From NCBI GenBank assembly GCA_016193315.1, contig JACPSJ010000001.1:91981-155980 (forward strand): DNA of 64,000 nt. The letters run 5' to 3'. The DNA is from Candidatus Kerfeldbacteria bacterium. GTDB lineage: Bacteria > Patescibacteriota > Patescibacteriia > SBBC01 > CAIJZX01. Positions 38,532-48,964 of this stretch are shown one piece after another. How positions within the stretch are numbered: position 1 is the first letter of the stretch; each line of letters starts with the position of its first letter. The notes beneath the pieces were generated by a model. It did not search any database. It saw only the letters and a list, made by a program, of their open reading frames with translations, and was not told where the DNA came from. The position numbers and the translations under genes are program-made.

Positions 38532-39146
38532 GTGGCAGCCAAACAGCTCGTTTACCAAACCCTGAGAAGAATCGGTTACCCGCTCTTCGGTCAAAAGCTT
38601 TCCAACGTCCAGGGGGCGGAGAACCTGCCGGGCGCTGGCGGCTACCTCATCGCCGCTAATCACGTCGACTTTCTTGATGGCTTCTACATTTCCGCGGCGG
38701 TCGGCCTAGCGCGCAACGTGCCGGTTTATTTCCTGACCGCCTCAAACAATTACTGGTGGACGACGGTCGCGGTTCAGATCAAGGCCGACCGCCGCGGCGC
38801 GATCATTGATCAGGCAGTTCGCGCCCTCACCGACGGCAAAGTGATTTGTAATTTTATCGAAGGCCAACGCAATCCGGCGACCAAACTCTTGGCTGGCAGG
38901 ACCGGGACGGTCCGGATGGCACTGACCGCGGGGGTGCCGATCGTCCCATTGGGTATCGCTTGCTCGGCCGGAAAGAATGTGGGACAATCGCTGATGTACT
39001 TAATGTCAAAGAATCATCACGTGACCATCAAGATTGGACGGCCGATCCGACTACCGGCGGCCGATCAGCCAGAGGACAATGATTTGCGGCGATACACTCA
39101 CCAAGTAATGCACGCGATCGCGCCCCTAGCCGGTAAGAAGATTTAG
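38532..39146 (+). CDS. PlsC-family acyltransferase
   Basis: ANHVDFLD, FIEGQR, VPIVPLGI. Confidence 0.85.
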   Translation: MAAKQLVYQTLRRIGYPLFGQKLSNVQGAENLPGAGGYLIAANHVDFLDGFYISAAVGLARNVPVYFLTASNNYWWTTVAVQIKADRRGAIIDQAVRALTDGKVICNFIEGQRNPATKLLAGRTGTVRMALTAGVPIVPLGIACSAGKNVGQSLMYLMSKNHHVTIKIGRPIRLPAADQPEDNDLRRYTHQVMHAIAPLAGKKI

Positions 39147-39148
39147 CG

Positions 39149-40606
39149 ATGTATCTCGATTGGCAAAAAGTATCCCGCCTGCCGCGGGCAGAGCAGCAAG
39201 ATCTGCAGAACCAGAAAGTTCGCTGGTTCTTTCGGCACAAGCTGCCGTACTCGCCGTATTACCGTAGGTTGCTGGAGAAACTCCAGCTGTCATGGTCGGA
39301 CTTCAAGACCACCGATGATATACAGAAACTGCCGCTGACGTCGAAGGCCGACATCGCTCCCACTGTGGAAGATCGGGCTCGGCCGCGCCAGTTCATCCTC
39401 CAACCGGACGAACACCTGATCAAGAAACACGCTACCAAAGGGGAATTACTCCAGCTGGTCGGCATGAAAATCCGCAAACTGGACGCCAAAGCCGTATTGG
39501 AGAAAGAGTACAAACCGGTGCATATACACTTCACCACCGGCCGAACCGCGTTGCCAACGCCGTTTACTTACTCCACCTATGATTTGATGCTGCTCCGCGA
39601 AACCGGTCGGCGGTTGTTCAATGTCGCTGGCCTGTCCCGCGACAATGTTGGCCTCAACGCCTTCCCCTACTCGCCGCACCTCGGTTTCTGGCTGGCCTAC
39701 TACGGTTTCCTTGAAGCCGGCATCACTGCCCTGGCCACCGGCGGCGGTAAGATCATGGGCACGCAGAAGATCATGGACTCACTGGAGCGCTTGAAAGTCA
39801 ATGCCATGGCCATCATTCCCGGCTACTGCTATCACTTGCTGCGGGAGGCAGTCAAGCAGCGGCGAGACTTCTCAAATCTGAAATACATTTTCTTCGGCGC
39901 CGAGCGCGTCAGCCCGGCCTTCCGCGAAAAAGTTAAGGAGTTGCTTCGGCACGTCGGTGCCAGCGAAGTCAGCATCCAAGCCACCTATGCATCGACCGAG
40001 TTCAAAACCGCCTGGATTCAGTGCGCCGAACACACCGGCTACCATCTATATCCAGACCTGGAGTTTGTTGAGCTGGTGGACGAAGACGGCCGGCGAGTCA
40101 AAGAAGATGAAAGCGGCGAAGTTGTTTACACCGCGCTTGATTGGCGCGGCACGGTCGTCGTTCGGTACCGGACCGGTGATCTGGCGCAAGGCATCGAATA
40201 CACGGCCTGCCCCAACTGCGGCCGGACCGTGCCGCGCATTCTGCCGGACATTCAGCGCCGCTCAGACATGAAAGAGTTTCATCTGACGAAAATCAAGGGC
40301 GAACTCGTCAACCTGAACAACGTTTTCCCGATCATGTCGGGGATCAAGGGGCTCGACGAGTGGCAGCTTGTCATCCGCAAAAAGAACAACGACCCGCACG
40401 ATCTCGATGAGTTGGTAGTCCACGTGTCCGCCAAGGAAGGCGCAGCCTTCAATCAAGTTCGGTCGGAGGTCGAGAAGAAGATGCGCGATGAGATGCAAGT
40501 TGGCGTGATGGTTGAGGAGAAGACGACTGAGGAGTTGATTGGGAGTTTGGGGATGGAGACGGAGCTGAAGGAGAAAAGAATTCTAGATAGTCGCCCGAAG
40601 CAGTAA
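39149..40606 (+). CDS. phenylacetate-CoA ligase (PaaK)-like adenylate-forming enzyme
   Basis: LPLTSKAD, FTTGRTALP, YASTE, VRYRTGD, CPNCGR. Confidence 0.82.
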   Translation: MYLDWQKVSRLPRAEQQDLQNQKVRWFFRHKLPYSPYYRRLLEKLQLSWSDFKTTDDIQKLPLTSKADIAPTVEDRARPRQFILQPDEHLIKKHATKGELLQLVGMKIRKLDAKAVLEKEYKPVHIHFTTGRTALPTPFTYSTYDLMLLRETGRRLFNVAGLSRDNVGLNAFPYSPHLGFWLAYYGFLEAGITALATGGGKIMGTQKIMDSLERLKVNAMAIIPGYCYHLLREAVKQRRDFSNLKYIFFGAERVSPAFREKVKELLRHVGASEVSIQATYASTEFKTAWIQCAEHTGYHLYPDLEFVELVDEDGRRVKEDESGEVVYTALDWRGTVVVRYRTGDLAQGIEYTACPNCGRTVPRILPDIQRRSDMKEFHLTKIKGELVNLNNVFPIMSGIKGLDEWQLVIRKKNNDPHDLDELVVHVSAKEGAAFNQVRSEVEKKMRDEMQVGVMVEEKTTEELIGSLGMETELKEKRILDSRPKQ

Positions 40607-41079
40607 TGTCCGCCGCTACATCGAAATATGATGGTCAAGTAGAAACCGTTGTTGGTGTGCTTATCGTCGATGAAGACGGGAGAATCCTACTCATCCAGTC
40701 CCCCAAATGGAGCGACAAAAGTCTGTTCCCGGGCGGGCACGTGGAGTATGGAGAATCGATTTTGGAGGCGGCGAAACGGGAGGGCGAGGAAGAAACTGGT
40801 TTGAAACTCGAACCGAACTATGTTGTGAACGTTGGAGAAAACATTCATAATCCCAGTTTCGAACGACCAGCACATTTCCTCTTCATTCATGTAGTTTGTC
40901 GGGCCCTGACGACTCAGCTTAGTTTGAATAGTGAACTGAGTCGGTTTGAGTTGGTTGTTCCTGAGGAAGCCCTCAAACGCAATCTCGAGGCGGGTGCCCG
41001 GAAGTCGATCGAAAACTATCAACGCGGCGTTCGCTATGGCATTAGTTCTCACCAATGGCCACAAAAATCGGAGCACTAG
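40606..41079 (+). CDS. NUDIX hydrolase
   Basis: PGGHVEYGESILEAAKREGEEETGL Nudix box. Confidence 0.9.
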   Translation: MSAATSKYDGQVETVVGVLIVDEDGRILLIQSPKWSDKSLFPGGHVEYGESILEAAKREGEEETGLKLEPNYVVNVGENIHNPSFERPAHFLFIHVVCRALTTQLSLNSELSRFELVVPEEALKRNLEAGARKSIENYQRGVRYGISSHQWPQKSEH

Positions 41080-41313
41080 GTGATAGACTTGGTACTAGGC
41101 ACAGAGCTAAATGGAAGTGCGACAGCGGGCAGCCGCCCCACGACCTACCGGTTGGCGACCGCTGTGGCTCGCCTGTACACTATCGGTTGACTCTACCTAT
41201 GAGCATTGCCAAACGGCTAATGAAGGAAAGCGAATTGTCGGTCGAAGAAAAACCCAAACGGGCCCGGCAGATCAAAGCTTGACGCATTATTATAACCGTA
41301 TTATAATACCGTC

Positions 41314-41553
41314 ATGGCTCAAAAAGTGCTCCAAATCGGTTCGTCGGTCGGGGTAACGATCCCCAAGGGGTCACTCCGAACGCTCGGTCTCAAAGTTGGC
41401 GACCAAGTCAGGCTTGATGTCGATGAGAATCGGAAAACTGTGACCATCCGCCCAACAAAATCAGAATCTGGCGAGGACGGAACAATCGCCAAGCTCACAC
41501 TTCGGTTTATCAATCGGTATCGTTCTGACCTTTTGGCGTTGGCCAAGAAATAA
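41314..41553 (+). CDS. AbrB/MazE-family antitoxin
   Basis: KVLQIGSSVGVTIPK..L..LGL..GDQV. Confidence 0.88.
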   Translation: MAQKVLQIGSSVGVTIPKGSLRTLGLKVGDQVRLDVDENRKTVTIRPTKSESGEDGTIAKLTLRFINRYRSDLLALAKK

Positions 41554-41946
41554 GTGCGCTACTTGACCATCGTGCACCTGTTGAAGATGCACTCATTTGT
41601 TATTGACGAAACAGGGGGCTTGCATGGCATTAGGGACCGGGGTCGTTTGTCTAGTGCGGTAGAACGCCCTCAACAAACGGCCTTTGGTCGGGAACTCTAT
41701 CCCACTATTCTTGAAAAAGCGGCTGTCTACATTCATTCGATCATCGGCGACCATCCCTTCGTCGATGGCAATAAGCGAACCGCCATGGCAGCGGCGTTTG
41801 TTTTTCTTCAGACTAATCATTTCACGTCAACGGCTGTTCGGGGCGAGATCGAACAATTCGCACTTCGCGTGGCCCGAATGAAACTGAACGTTCCGGTGAT
41901 TGCTTCTTGGCTCAGAAAGCATACTCGGAAGGCGAGAACACTGTGA
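41554..41946 (+). CDS. death-on-curing (Doc/Fic) toxin
   Basis: HPFVDGNKRTA. Confidence 0.92.
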   Translation: MRYLTIVHLLKMHSFVIDETGGLHGIRDRGRLSSAVERPQQTAFGRELYPTILEKAAVYIHSIIGDHPFVDGNKRTAMAAAFVFLQTNHFTSTAVRGEIEQFALRVARMKLNVPVIASWLRKHTRKARTL

Positions 41947-42143
41947 CCCAGTCTAATGTGTAAAGTTGACCCCGACGCTTTATTCGAGTCGACCCGGGAT
42001 TGTATGAAGAGGTCCGCCGCCGATGACTCAGAACAAGGGGCAATGGAACTTGGACTGGTGGGAAGAAATTCAGACATCAAAGAACGAACTTTCAAGGAAG
42101 CCAGAGCGAATGCCAAAAGAAGCATGGTCGTTGGTGCTCGAGG

Positions 42144-43670
42144 TCAATCGTGGTAGATGACTCGATTCCAATCCCGCCATAGGTCTTCGCTTGGTCGACC
42201 GCGAACCGATAAGTCGGCCGCCAACGGAAACTCCATGTGGTTGTAGCCGAACTGGGCGTAGCCAATGATCCACGGCCGGTTGGCGATGGCGCGGAAATAG
42301 GCCTGGATGACGCGGGCTTGGTCATCGGGGCTAAAGGCGTACTGGCTGTTTTTTAAGTCGGCCTCGGGCCCGCCGTACCACGGAACCGAGGCGATGTCAT
42401 AGAACGAGTTCCCCCGCCAGGTTTCCTTGACGTTGAAGTAGGTGGTGCGGACGAAGACTGGCTTCCCGTACCGATCATAGAGTTTCTTCGGTCCGGCCAG
42501 CACCCGCTCCGCGCCGGCTAGGAGCTCGTCGTCGGTCGGGTTGCTCGTGCTGGCGATCGGGGCGTCGATGGCGATGTAGAAGTAGTCGAGTTCGTCAGCC
42601 CAGGTGATATACGTCCCATCGGGAACCACCCCGCCTCCGGCCCCGCTCCAAACCATCTCGCCGACTTGTCCGCGGAAATGTTCGCGGATGGCTTTGAAGA
42701 CCGCGCGCCAACGGGCGTCCGCGTCCGGCGCCTGGTAGTCGGTGTTGACCGCATAATGGATCGCCTCAACGCCAGCGCGTTCAGCTAGCTGGGCGAAGTG
42801 CACAAGAAAGTTGGTGATTTCAGAAAAATACGAGTCCCACCACCCGGCCGGGCGGTTTTGGGTGGAAATGACCGTGCAACAGTGTTGTGGTTGGAGCATT
42901 ACTTTCAATCCCCGCCGTTTGAAAGCCGAGATTTCTTCCAACAGTTTGTCGTCGCTCGGGTAGTTCGGCGCTTCGGGATACTGATTGACGATTTTTGGCA
43001 ACCCATTCTCCTCAACCATCTGCCACGGCGGGTCGACCTCGACCCAGCGGTAGCCCAGGTCGGCCAGGCGCTCGGCTGTCTGGTCGAAGGTGTAGTCGAA
43101 GGCCAGGGTGTAGAAGTCTTCAATCACCTGCCCGGACCGGAATTCGGTGCCGTTGAGTCGCGGCAAGAATTCGCCGACCGGTTCTAGGTCGCTGGTCCGG
43201 TCGATCGTCACGCCGCCAGGCGGAAACCAGCGCCAGCGGGTGACCGCGTCTCGCTGAACTTTGTCCCTGGCAAACGTCGCTTGTCGTCCGCGCTCGGTCC
43301 AGAAATAGTCACCGGTGTCTGGTTCGAGGTACTCGGCGGCGCGGAAGTCATAACCATTCCGGGTGTAGCGGTACTTGATGGTCTGCGCTGAGCCTTCGAG
43401 CTGGAGCTGTTCGCGGGTGAGGGTCAGGCGGAATTTCCTGGGACCGACGCGCGGCATTGGGAAAGGACTTTGGGCGTAAAGGTGGATGGTGTCGCTGCTT
43501 GGGGTATTGTCTGGGACCGTTACTTCAAAGGTCATCGAGTCCTTAGTTTGCCTCTGGTTCGAAGGTGAACCACCCGAGAAGTTCCGCGTCAGCGACCAGG
43601 TTGCGGCGCCGGCGGCAATCAACAAGACCAGGGCGGCGAGGACGGTGACTGTTGGACGAGACGTTAGCAC
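42144..43670 (-). CDS. membrane-anchored glycoside hydrolase-like protein (GH113-like TIM barrel with a CBM20-like N-domain)
   Basis: TM; FEVTVP.NTP..D.I...KYRYTRN; GLKVMLQP, W..YF, YGKPVF. Confidence 0.65.
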   Translation of the reverse strand: MLTSRPTVTVLAALVLLIAAGAATWSLTRNFSGGSPSNQRQTKDSMTFEVTVPDNTPSSDTIHLYAQSPFPMPRVGPRKFRLTLTREQLQLEGSAQTIKYRYTRNGYDFRAAEYLEPDTGDYFWTERGRQATFARDKVQRDAVTRWRWFPPGGVTIDRTSDLEPVGEFLPRLNGTEFRSGQVIEDFYTLAFDYTFDQTAERLADLGYRWVEVDPPWQMVEENGLPKIVNQYPEAPNYPSDDKLLEEISAFKRRGLKVMLQPQHCCTVISTQNRPAGWWDSYFSEITNFLVHFAQLAERAGVEAIHYAVNTDYQAPDADARWRAVFKAIREHFRGQVGEMVWSGAGGGVVPDGTYITWADELDYFYIAIDAPIASTSNPTDDELLAGAERVLAGPKKLYDRYGKPVFVRTTYFNVKETWRGNSFYDIASVPWYGGPEADLKNSQYAFSPDDQARVIQAYFRAIANRPWIIGYAQFGYNHMEFPLAADLSVRGRPSEDLWRDWNRVIYHD

Positions 43671-43772
43671 CAGCCCATAGTACCATAAATCCGCCGCCGT
43701 TTAGTCCGAGCGGGAGGTTGACTGGTGATCATTTCCAGGCCGCAATCGGTTTTCCTGCTATACTGACCGACT

Positions 43773-44699
43773 ATGGAGATGCGGATGTCCATCAGGCTGG
43801 AGGCGCGTCTGGAGCAGGCTCAGCGTCTGGTGCAGCGCCTGGAACAGCGGCTGAAGATGCATGTCGGTCATCTGGAGCGTCAACTGCTCAAGAAAGTTGA
43901 GTACGTGAACGTTGACTTCGAGGACCCCCGATCGCGGTACCATGTCGAGATGCTGGGAGAGTTCGTCTTTAAAGAATCGGAGGGACAGCCGTCGTTCGCT
44001 AGCCAGGTGCTCGAAGCCAATGGCGTCGTGGAGGATCAACTTGAAAAAGTGATCATCGAAAGTTTCGAGCAGGAAGACATTAGCTTGGATGTCGGCACGA
44101 AACGGAACGTCGACCGTGCGCTGCTCGTCCTGGCTGACGGAAAGACGATCGCAGTCACCCTCAGCTTGGACAAGTAAGCGGTTCGCGCTGAGGCGGAGAG
44201 TCCATCTTTGCAAGAGGCGTCGGTCTTGGCGGCGGTTGAGCCTGACCAAGCCTGGAGCGTCCAACGTCTGTATGGATCACGGCCAGTTGCCAAGCGCGGC
44301 AAGATCCGCGGGTTTGTGGTCAAAGAATTCCTTGAGGGAACGACGCTCGGCGAATACACTGCCGCTTTGCCGCCACCGAACGCCCCTGAGGCGGAAGTGG
44401 TACAAAAAATAAGCCGCGCCACCGGTGCGGCCTTGGCCAATGCAATCGAGCATCTCGGCGGCGTCCCCAAAGACGCCAACCCGATGAACTGGATCGTCCG
44501 GCAAAAGGCCGATGGAGACTTTCAGGTGCGAAACTGTGATGTCGAGGGAGTGGTGAAAGATCCTGACGGAATTAAGCACGAAATCAGGGTGCTCGGAGAG
44601 CAGCTTGGACCATTTCAGGCGGAGTTCTATGGAGAACTTCCAACATCATTTAGGGCGGAAGCACCGTTACCAGCCGAAGCTAAGCCAGAGGATTCCTAA
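43773..44699 (+). pseudogene. kinase-like gene interrupted by a single in-frame TAA
   Basis: ORFs 43773..44177 and 44208..44699 share a frame; kinase-like motifs lie on both sides of the stop. Confidence 0.55.
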
Positions 44700-44754
44700 G
44701 CGCCGAGGCGCCACCAACGACGACACGATCACGCCGTGATTTTTGTAACAATTC

Positions 44755-45327
44755 TCAGCTGATGGCACCGTTCGGAGTCAAAGCCGCTATCATCCGCCGT
44801 CGTATTTCCTCGGCGGCGGTCTTTGGTTTTTTAACGGCCCGCAGCCGGAAGTTTCCTCCAACGACCTGAAGGTACAGATCGGCCACGTTCATTCCCCATA
44901 TCGGCGGCGCGCTGACCACGACACCCCGGATGTCACCGTAAGGAACGAGCCGTGGTTTCTGGTGGCCGAACCAGCGACCAGTCACGATTTCCAGGCCGCC
45001 GTCAGTCAGCCGGTAAACGGTCGCTAGTGGATCGACGATGTTGATCACAATCACCGCGGCCAGGGTCAAGGGCAACAGGCCGATGATGATGATTTGCCAC
45101 GGCCAGATGATATTCTGAGATGCCGGGCCTGAACTGTGGCTGATGAGCTGAGGGTCAAAGGGCAAGTCCAGACCATAGCGGCCGAGCATGAACCACCACA
45201 AGGCCGTGCCGATGATAGCGATGGTCAGCGGTTCAAGAACAAGGATGAAGCGATGGAGTGGCAGGGTGGTCGTTTCTCTCATCCCGGCGGCCGGTGATGG
45301 TGGCGGAGGTGCGGCTTGAATCATCAA
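44755..45327 (-). CDS. bacterial PH-domain membrane protein
   Basis: two TMs followed by YRLT...G.......VPY.DI..V. Confidence 0.65.
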   Translation of the reverse strand: MMIQAAPPPPSPAAGMRETTTLPLHRFILVLEPLTIAIIGTALWWFMLGRYGLDLPFDPQLISHSSGPASQNIIWPWQIIIIGLLPLTLAAVIVINIVDPLATVYRLTDGGLEIVTGRWFGHQKPRLVPYGDIRGVVVSAPPIWGMNVADLYLQVVGGNFRLRAVKKPKTAAEEIRRRMIAALTPNGAIS

Positions 45328-45980
45328 CGGATTTGCTTCACTGTCGGCTGCTGCCGACTAACGGCCAAGCGGGTTAGCAGGTAACCAAGAGCAAACCCGC
45401 CAATGTGGGCGAAGTAGGCCACCCCGCCGCCAGCCAAACCGAGGCTGCCAAAACCGCCGAAGAATTGAAAGAGGATCCAATAACCGAGCATGAACGACGC
45501 CGGGACGCTACTGACGCCATAGAATCCCCACAGCACATCGATTCGGTGGCGAGGGTAGAGGACGAGGTAGCCGCCCATCACCCCGGCAATGGCGCCGGAA
45601 GCGCCGAGATTCGGAATGGTTGATGATGGATCGATGACAATCTGAAGCGCGGAACCGGCCAGGCCGGCCAGCAGGTAGAAAAGCATAAAACGTAAGTGCC
45701 CAAACCGATCTTCCAGGTTGTCGCCGAAGATGTGGAGGAAAATCATGTTACCGACGATGTGGCCCATGCTGCCGTGGAGAAACATAGAGGTGATGAGGGT
45801 TTGGAGATTGAGGCCGCGGACAATGTCGGCCGGGATCAGCGCCTGGCTATTGATGAAGCCCTCCAACCCGGCCGCACCGAGCGTCATCATGTACACGAAG
45901 ACAACGATGTTGGTCGCCAACAAGCCGTACGTCACGAATGGCCTCCGGCCGGAGGGGTTGTGGTCGCGGATGGGGATCAC
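45324..45980 (-). CDS. rhomboid family intramembrane serine protease
   Basis: MIPIRD.NP, MFLHG...H..GNM, GASGAIAG, AHIGGF. Confidence 0.93.
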   Translation of the reverse strand: MIPIRDHNPSGRRPFVTYGLLATNIVVFVYMMTLGAAGLEGFINSQALIPADIVRGLNLQTLITSMFLHGSMGHIVGNMIFLHIFGDNLEDRFGHLRFMLFYLLAGLAGSALQIVIDPSSTIPNLGASGAIAGVMGGYLVLYPRHRIDVLWGFYGVSSVPASFMLGYWILFQFFGGFGSLGLAGGGVAYFAHIGGFALGYLLTRLAVSRQQPTVKQIR

Positions 45981-46059
45981 CCCGTGAAAGCGTTAGAATA
46001 TATAGTCTGCGGAACTTCGGATCTGAACGTGCCTGAGAATGGGCGCTCTAACGGGATCA
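45977..46059. mobile_element. CCCGTTAG-TIR miniature element, degenerate copy 4
   Basis: tcaccccgtgaaagcg ... cgctctaacgggatca. Confidence 0.45.
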
Positions 46060-46184
46060 TTTACTAAGGCAGTATAGCACACGAGGTAGCCAGTTGACGG
46101 CTGAATCGATGATTGCTATAGTGTGTTGTTCGACCTTTCAAAACCATCGGGCCGCATCACCCAAAATTGCGAGGAACCTTAGCC

Positions 46185-47123
46185 ATGAGAATCGGAGTCA
46201 GCTCGAGCGTCAACGAACGGGTGTGGCGCATGACCGAGCGCGAGCGCTACCTCGATTGGCGAGAGGGCCTTCGCGCGCGTATCGAATCGATCATCAACGT
46301 ATTCAACGTCCTGCACCACCGCCGGATCCATCCAGTGCCGGCCCTGATTGATGCGACTCGTGGTCCGGGAGCTTCAATCAGCAGCCATCCTGTCCACGAG
46401 TACAGCCTCCTGGCCTGGCGCGGGCCAACGCTGACCGCCATGAGGGCGGATCCGGACCGGCCGGTTTCGGTGTCAATCGCTTTCGGTTGGGTGCCGGTTG
46501 AACCGCGGCGCGAGATCACGATCGAGATCCCGACGAGCTGGCGCAACCGGTACCGTCTCTACATCGCCAGCAACTTCATTGTCTGGCATGAACTTGCCCA
46601 CCTCGTCGAGACGGACTTGATCGAGCGTCTATTGCTCGAAGCTGGCATTGTCGAGTTCGGTGACACTTCTGGACCTTTCCTCCAGTTGGCGTCCGAGGTG
46701 GTGATCGACAGCCTGGCTCTCCTGTTCGGTACGACGTGGTTCGTCGATTCGACGGGGGAAGGTTTTCTCGGTACCGCCGCCGAACGTCTGGGGGAGATGA
46801 TCTGCAGCCACCGAGAGTTTATCCGTCTCACTCATGGGCCGGTGGCGCGGATCGGCGACGACTGGTCAGGCTACTTCTCGGCGCGGTGTCTCGGCGTCAT
46901 AACCGCCTACGAGCAGTTGGCCGAGGAACGGTTCATCTTGGCCCGGACCATGGCCTCGCTCCGGCGCTCCGTTGGCGCGAGGCATCGGGCCGCAGCCGAT
47001 TGGTATGCCTCGCTGTCGAGGTTGGTCTGGAAACTCGATCCGTCCACCATCAAGTTCGGCGAAGACATACCAGACATGTCCAGCGATGAGGCTCTCGTCA
47101 GATATCCACGCACCTGTGCGTGA
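46185..47123 (+). CDS. hypothetical protein with an HExxH motif
   Basis: WHELAH plus a downstream SEV; terminator at 47124. Confidence 0.6.
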   Translation: MRIGVSSSVNERVWRMTERERYLDWREGLRARIESIINVFNVLHHRRIHPVPALIDATRGPGASISSHPVHEYSLLAWRGPTLTAMRADPDRPVSVSIAFGWVPVEPRREITIEIPTSWRNRYRLYIASNFIVWHELAHLVETDLIERLLLEAGIVEFGDTSGPFLQLASEVVIDSLALLFGTTWFVDSTGEGFLGTAAERLGEMICSHREFIRLTHGPVARIGDDWSGYFSARCLGVITAYEQLAEERFILARTMASLRRSVGARHRAAADWYASLSRLVWKLDPSTIKFGEDIPDMSSDEALVRYPRTCA

Positions 47124-47150
47124 CCCACTGCTTCGGCAGTGGGATTTTTT
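47124..47150 (+). terminator. intrinsic terminator
   Basis: cccactgc-ttcg-gcagtggg followed by atttttt. Confidence 0.8.
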
Positions 47151-47205
47151 GACAGCCGTCGTCAGTTCCGATACCCTATCGAATACCGATGGGAATTTGT
47201 TATCC

Positions 47206-48498
47206 ATGAAGATCGAAGTTGCACCGCAACCAAAGTCAACCGTCAAGCTAACTGTCGAGTTGAGTCCGGATGAAATGAAGCCGCACCTTGAACGCGCAGC
47301 CGAAGTCTTATCGAAAGGGCATCAGATCGAAGGTTTTCGCCCGGGCAAAGCCAGCCTCGGCATTGTCCTTCAACGTCTCGGTGCCCAAGCAGTGTGGGAG
47401 GAAGCGGCCGAGCAGGCGGTCCGGAAATCATATGCTCAGGCAGTGAAGCAGCACGGTTTACAGACCGTCGGCCCGCCGAAGATTTCTGTTCACAAGTTAG
47501 CGCCGGATAACCCCTTCGTCTATCATGCCGAAATCGCCGTGCTACCGGAGATTGTCGTCGGGAACTACCGCGAGCTCAAGGTCAAGCGCGCGGCCGTCGA
47601 AGTCAAACCCGAACAGGTCGATCGCGCCGTGGCTGATCTGCAGTCGATGTTCGCCAAAGAAGTATTGGTTGATCGACCGGCCCAGCGGGGAGACAAGATT
47701 GAGATCGACTTTGATCTGGCGGTCGGCCACGTGCCCGTTGAAGGCGGATCGAGCAAGCAGCACCCGGTCGTGATCGGCTCTGGTCACTTCATTCCTGGTT
47801 TTGAAGACCAGCTCATCGGCCTCAGGAAAGAAGAGCGCAAAGAATTCACCCTGACCTTTCCATCGGACTACAAAAACCGTCAGGTGGCCGGCCAGCAAGG
47901 GACATTCAAAGTCATGGCCAAGGCAGTTTACCAGATCGACCAACCTCAGCTCAATGATGATTTTGCTAAACGCGCCAGCAAACAACAAACGCTTAACGAT
48001 CTGCGCCAGCAACTCGAGCGTAATCTGCGCGACGAGGCGGCTCAGAAAAACGAGCGGATCTTCGAACGAGCGATCGTCGATGAACTAATCACCAAGTCGA
48101 AATTCAGCGAATTGCCGGAGGTGCTCGTTGACCACGAGGTGACGAAGATGCTCAATGAACTGCAGGAAGAAGTGGAGCGCCGCGGCGGGGCGAAGTTCGA
48201 CGATTATCTCCAGGGGTTGAAGAAAACAACCGCGAGCCTGAAATTGGAGTTTCGCCCCCAAGCCGAGCATCGCGTGAAATCAGCACTGCTCTTGCGGCAG
48301 ATCGCCAAACGGGAGAACATTACGGCCACCACCGAGGAAGTCGAGCAGGAAGTCAAACAGGCGTTACAGATGTACACCCGCTACCCCGAATTGAGATCGC
48401 AAATCGAGTCAGATGACTATCGTGATTTCGCCCGGGTGATGTTGACCAATCGGCAGGTCGTCGCCCGGCTCAAGAAGTTAGCGCTCGGTCAAACATAA
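47206..48498 (+). CDS. tig: trigger factor
   Basis: GFRPGKA signature, FIPGFEDQL.G, FP.DY. Confidence 0.95.
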   Translation: MKIEVAPQPKSTVKLTVELSPDEMKPHLERAAEVLSKGHQIEGFRPGKASLGIVLQRLGAQAVWEEAAEQAVRKSYAQAVKQHGLQTVGPPKISVHKLAPDNPFVYHAEIAVLPEIVVGNYRELKVKRAAVEVKPEQVDRAVADLQSMFAKEVLVDRPAQRGDKIEIDFDLAVGHVPVEGGSSKQHPVVIGSGHFIPGFEDQLIGLRKEERKEFTLTFPSDYKNRQVAGQQGTFKVMAKAVYQIDQPQLNDDFAKRASKQQTLNDLRQQLERNLRDEAAQKNERIFERAIVDELITKSKFSELPEVLVDHEVTKMLNELQEEVERRGGAKFDDYLQGLKKTTASLKLEFRPQAEHRVKSALLLRQIAKRENITATTEEVEQEVKQALQMYTRYPELRSQIESDDYRDFARVMLTNRQVVARLKKLALGQT

Positions 48499-48547
48499 GA
48501 AAAGCGCGCTTCCGCGGGAAACGCGCTGATGGTTCCGTCCCGGCGCA

Positions 48548-48964
48548 TCATTCATCTTTGACGACCAGGGGCTCGAGGACCAATGGCAGGGGTTGACCAC
48601 GGGCGCCGCGGCCTTTGATCGCGTAGCCGATCGGTACCTGAGCCACGGGGCAGATTTCGGGCTGGTAAGTAATGAGCCCAGAAGAATCTTGACCGGCGCA
48701 CACGCCGACGAGGGCGTGGGTGAACGGATTGCGTTCGCCTGGCAGCAGGTGGCGGACATCGTCAAGGCTGGTAGGGAAAATGCCATCGTGTCGGACACCG
48801 AATTCCTCGACGGCGACCTGGACGGTGTGCATCTGCTCCTTGACATCGACTTCCCGGGCCCGGTTCCGCATGTCGATCAGGTTCGGGATGGCGATCGCGG
48901 CCAGGATGCCGATCAGGACGATGACAATCAGCAGCTCGATAAAGGTGAAGCCTTTCCGAGACAT
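48548..48964 (-). CDS. type IV pilin or pseudopilin
   Basis: KG|FTFIELLIVIVLIGILAAIAIP; AGGAGG RBS. Confidence 0.9.
   Translation of the reverse strand: MSRKGFTFIELLIVIVLIGILAAIAIPNLIDMRNRAREVDVKEQMHTVQVAVEEFGVRHDGIFPTSLDDVRHLLPGERNPFTHALVGVCAGQDSSGLITYQPEICPVAQVPIGYAIKGRGARGQPLPLVLEPLVVKDE

Noticed and set aside
41314-41946. Prophage or integrative element around the toxin-antitoxin pair
   Set aside because: No integrase, phage genes or att repeats are visible.
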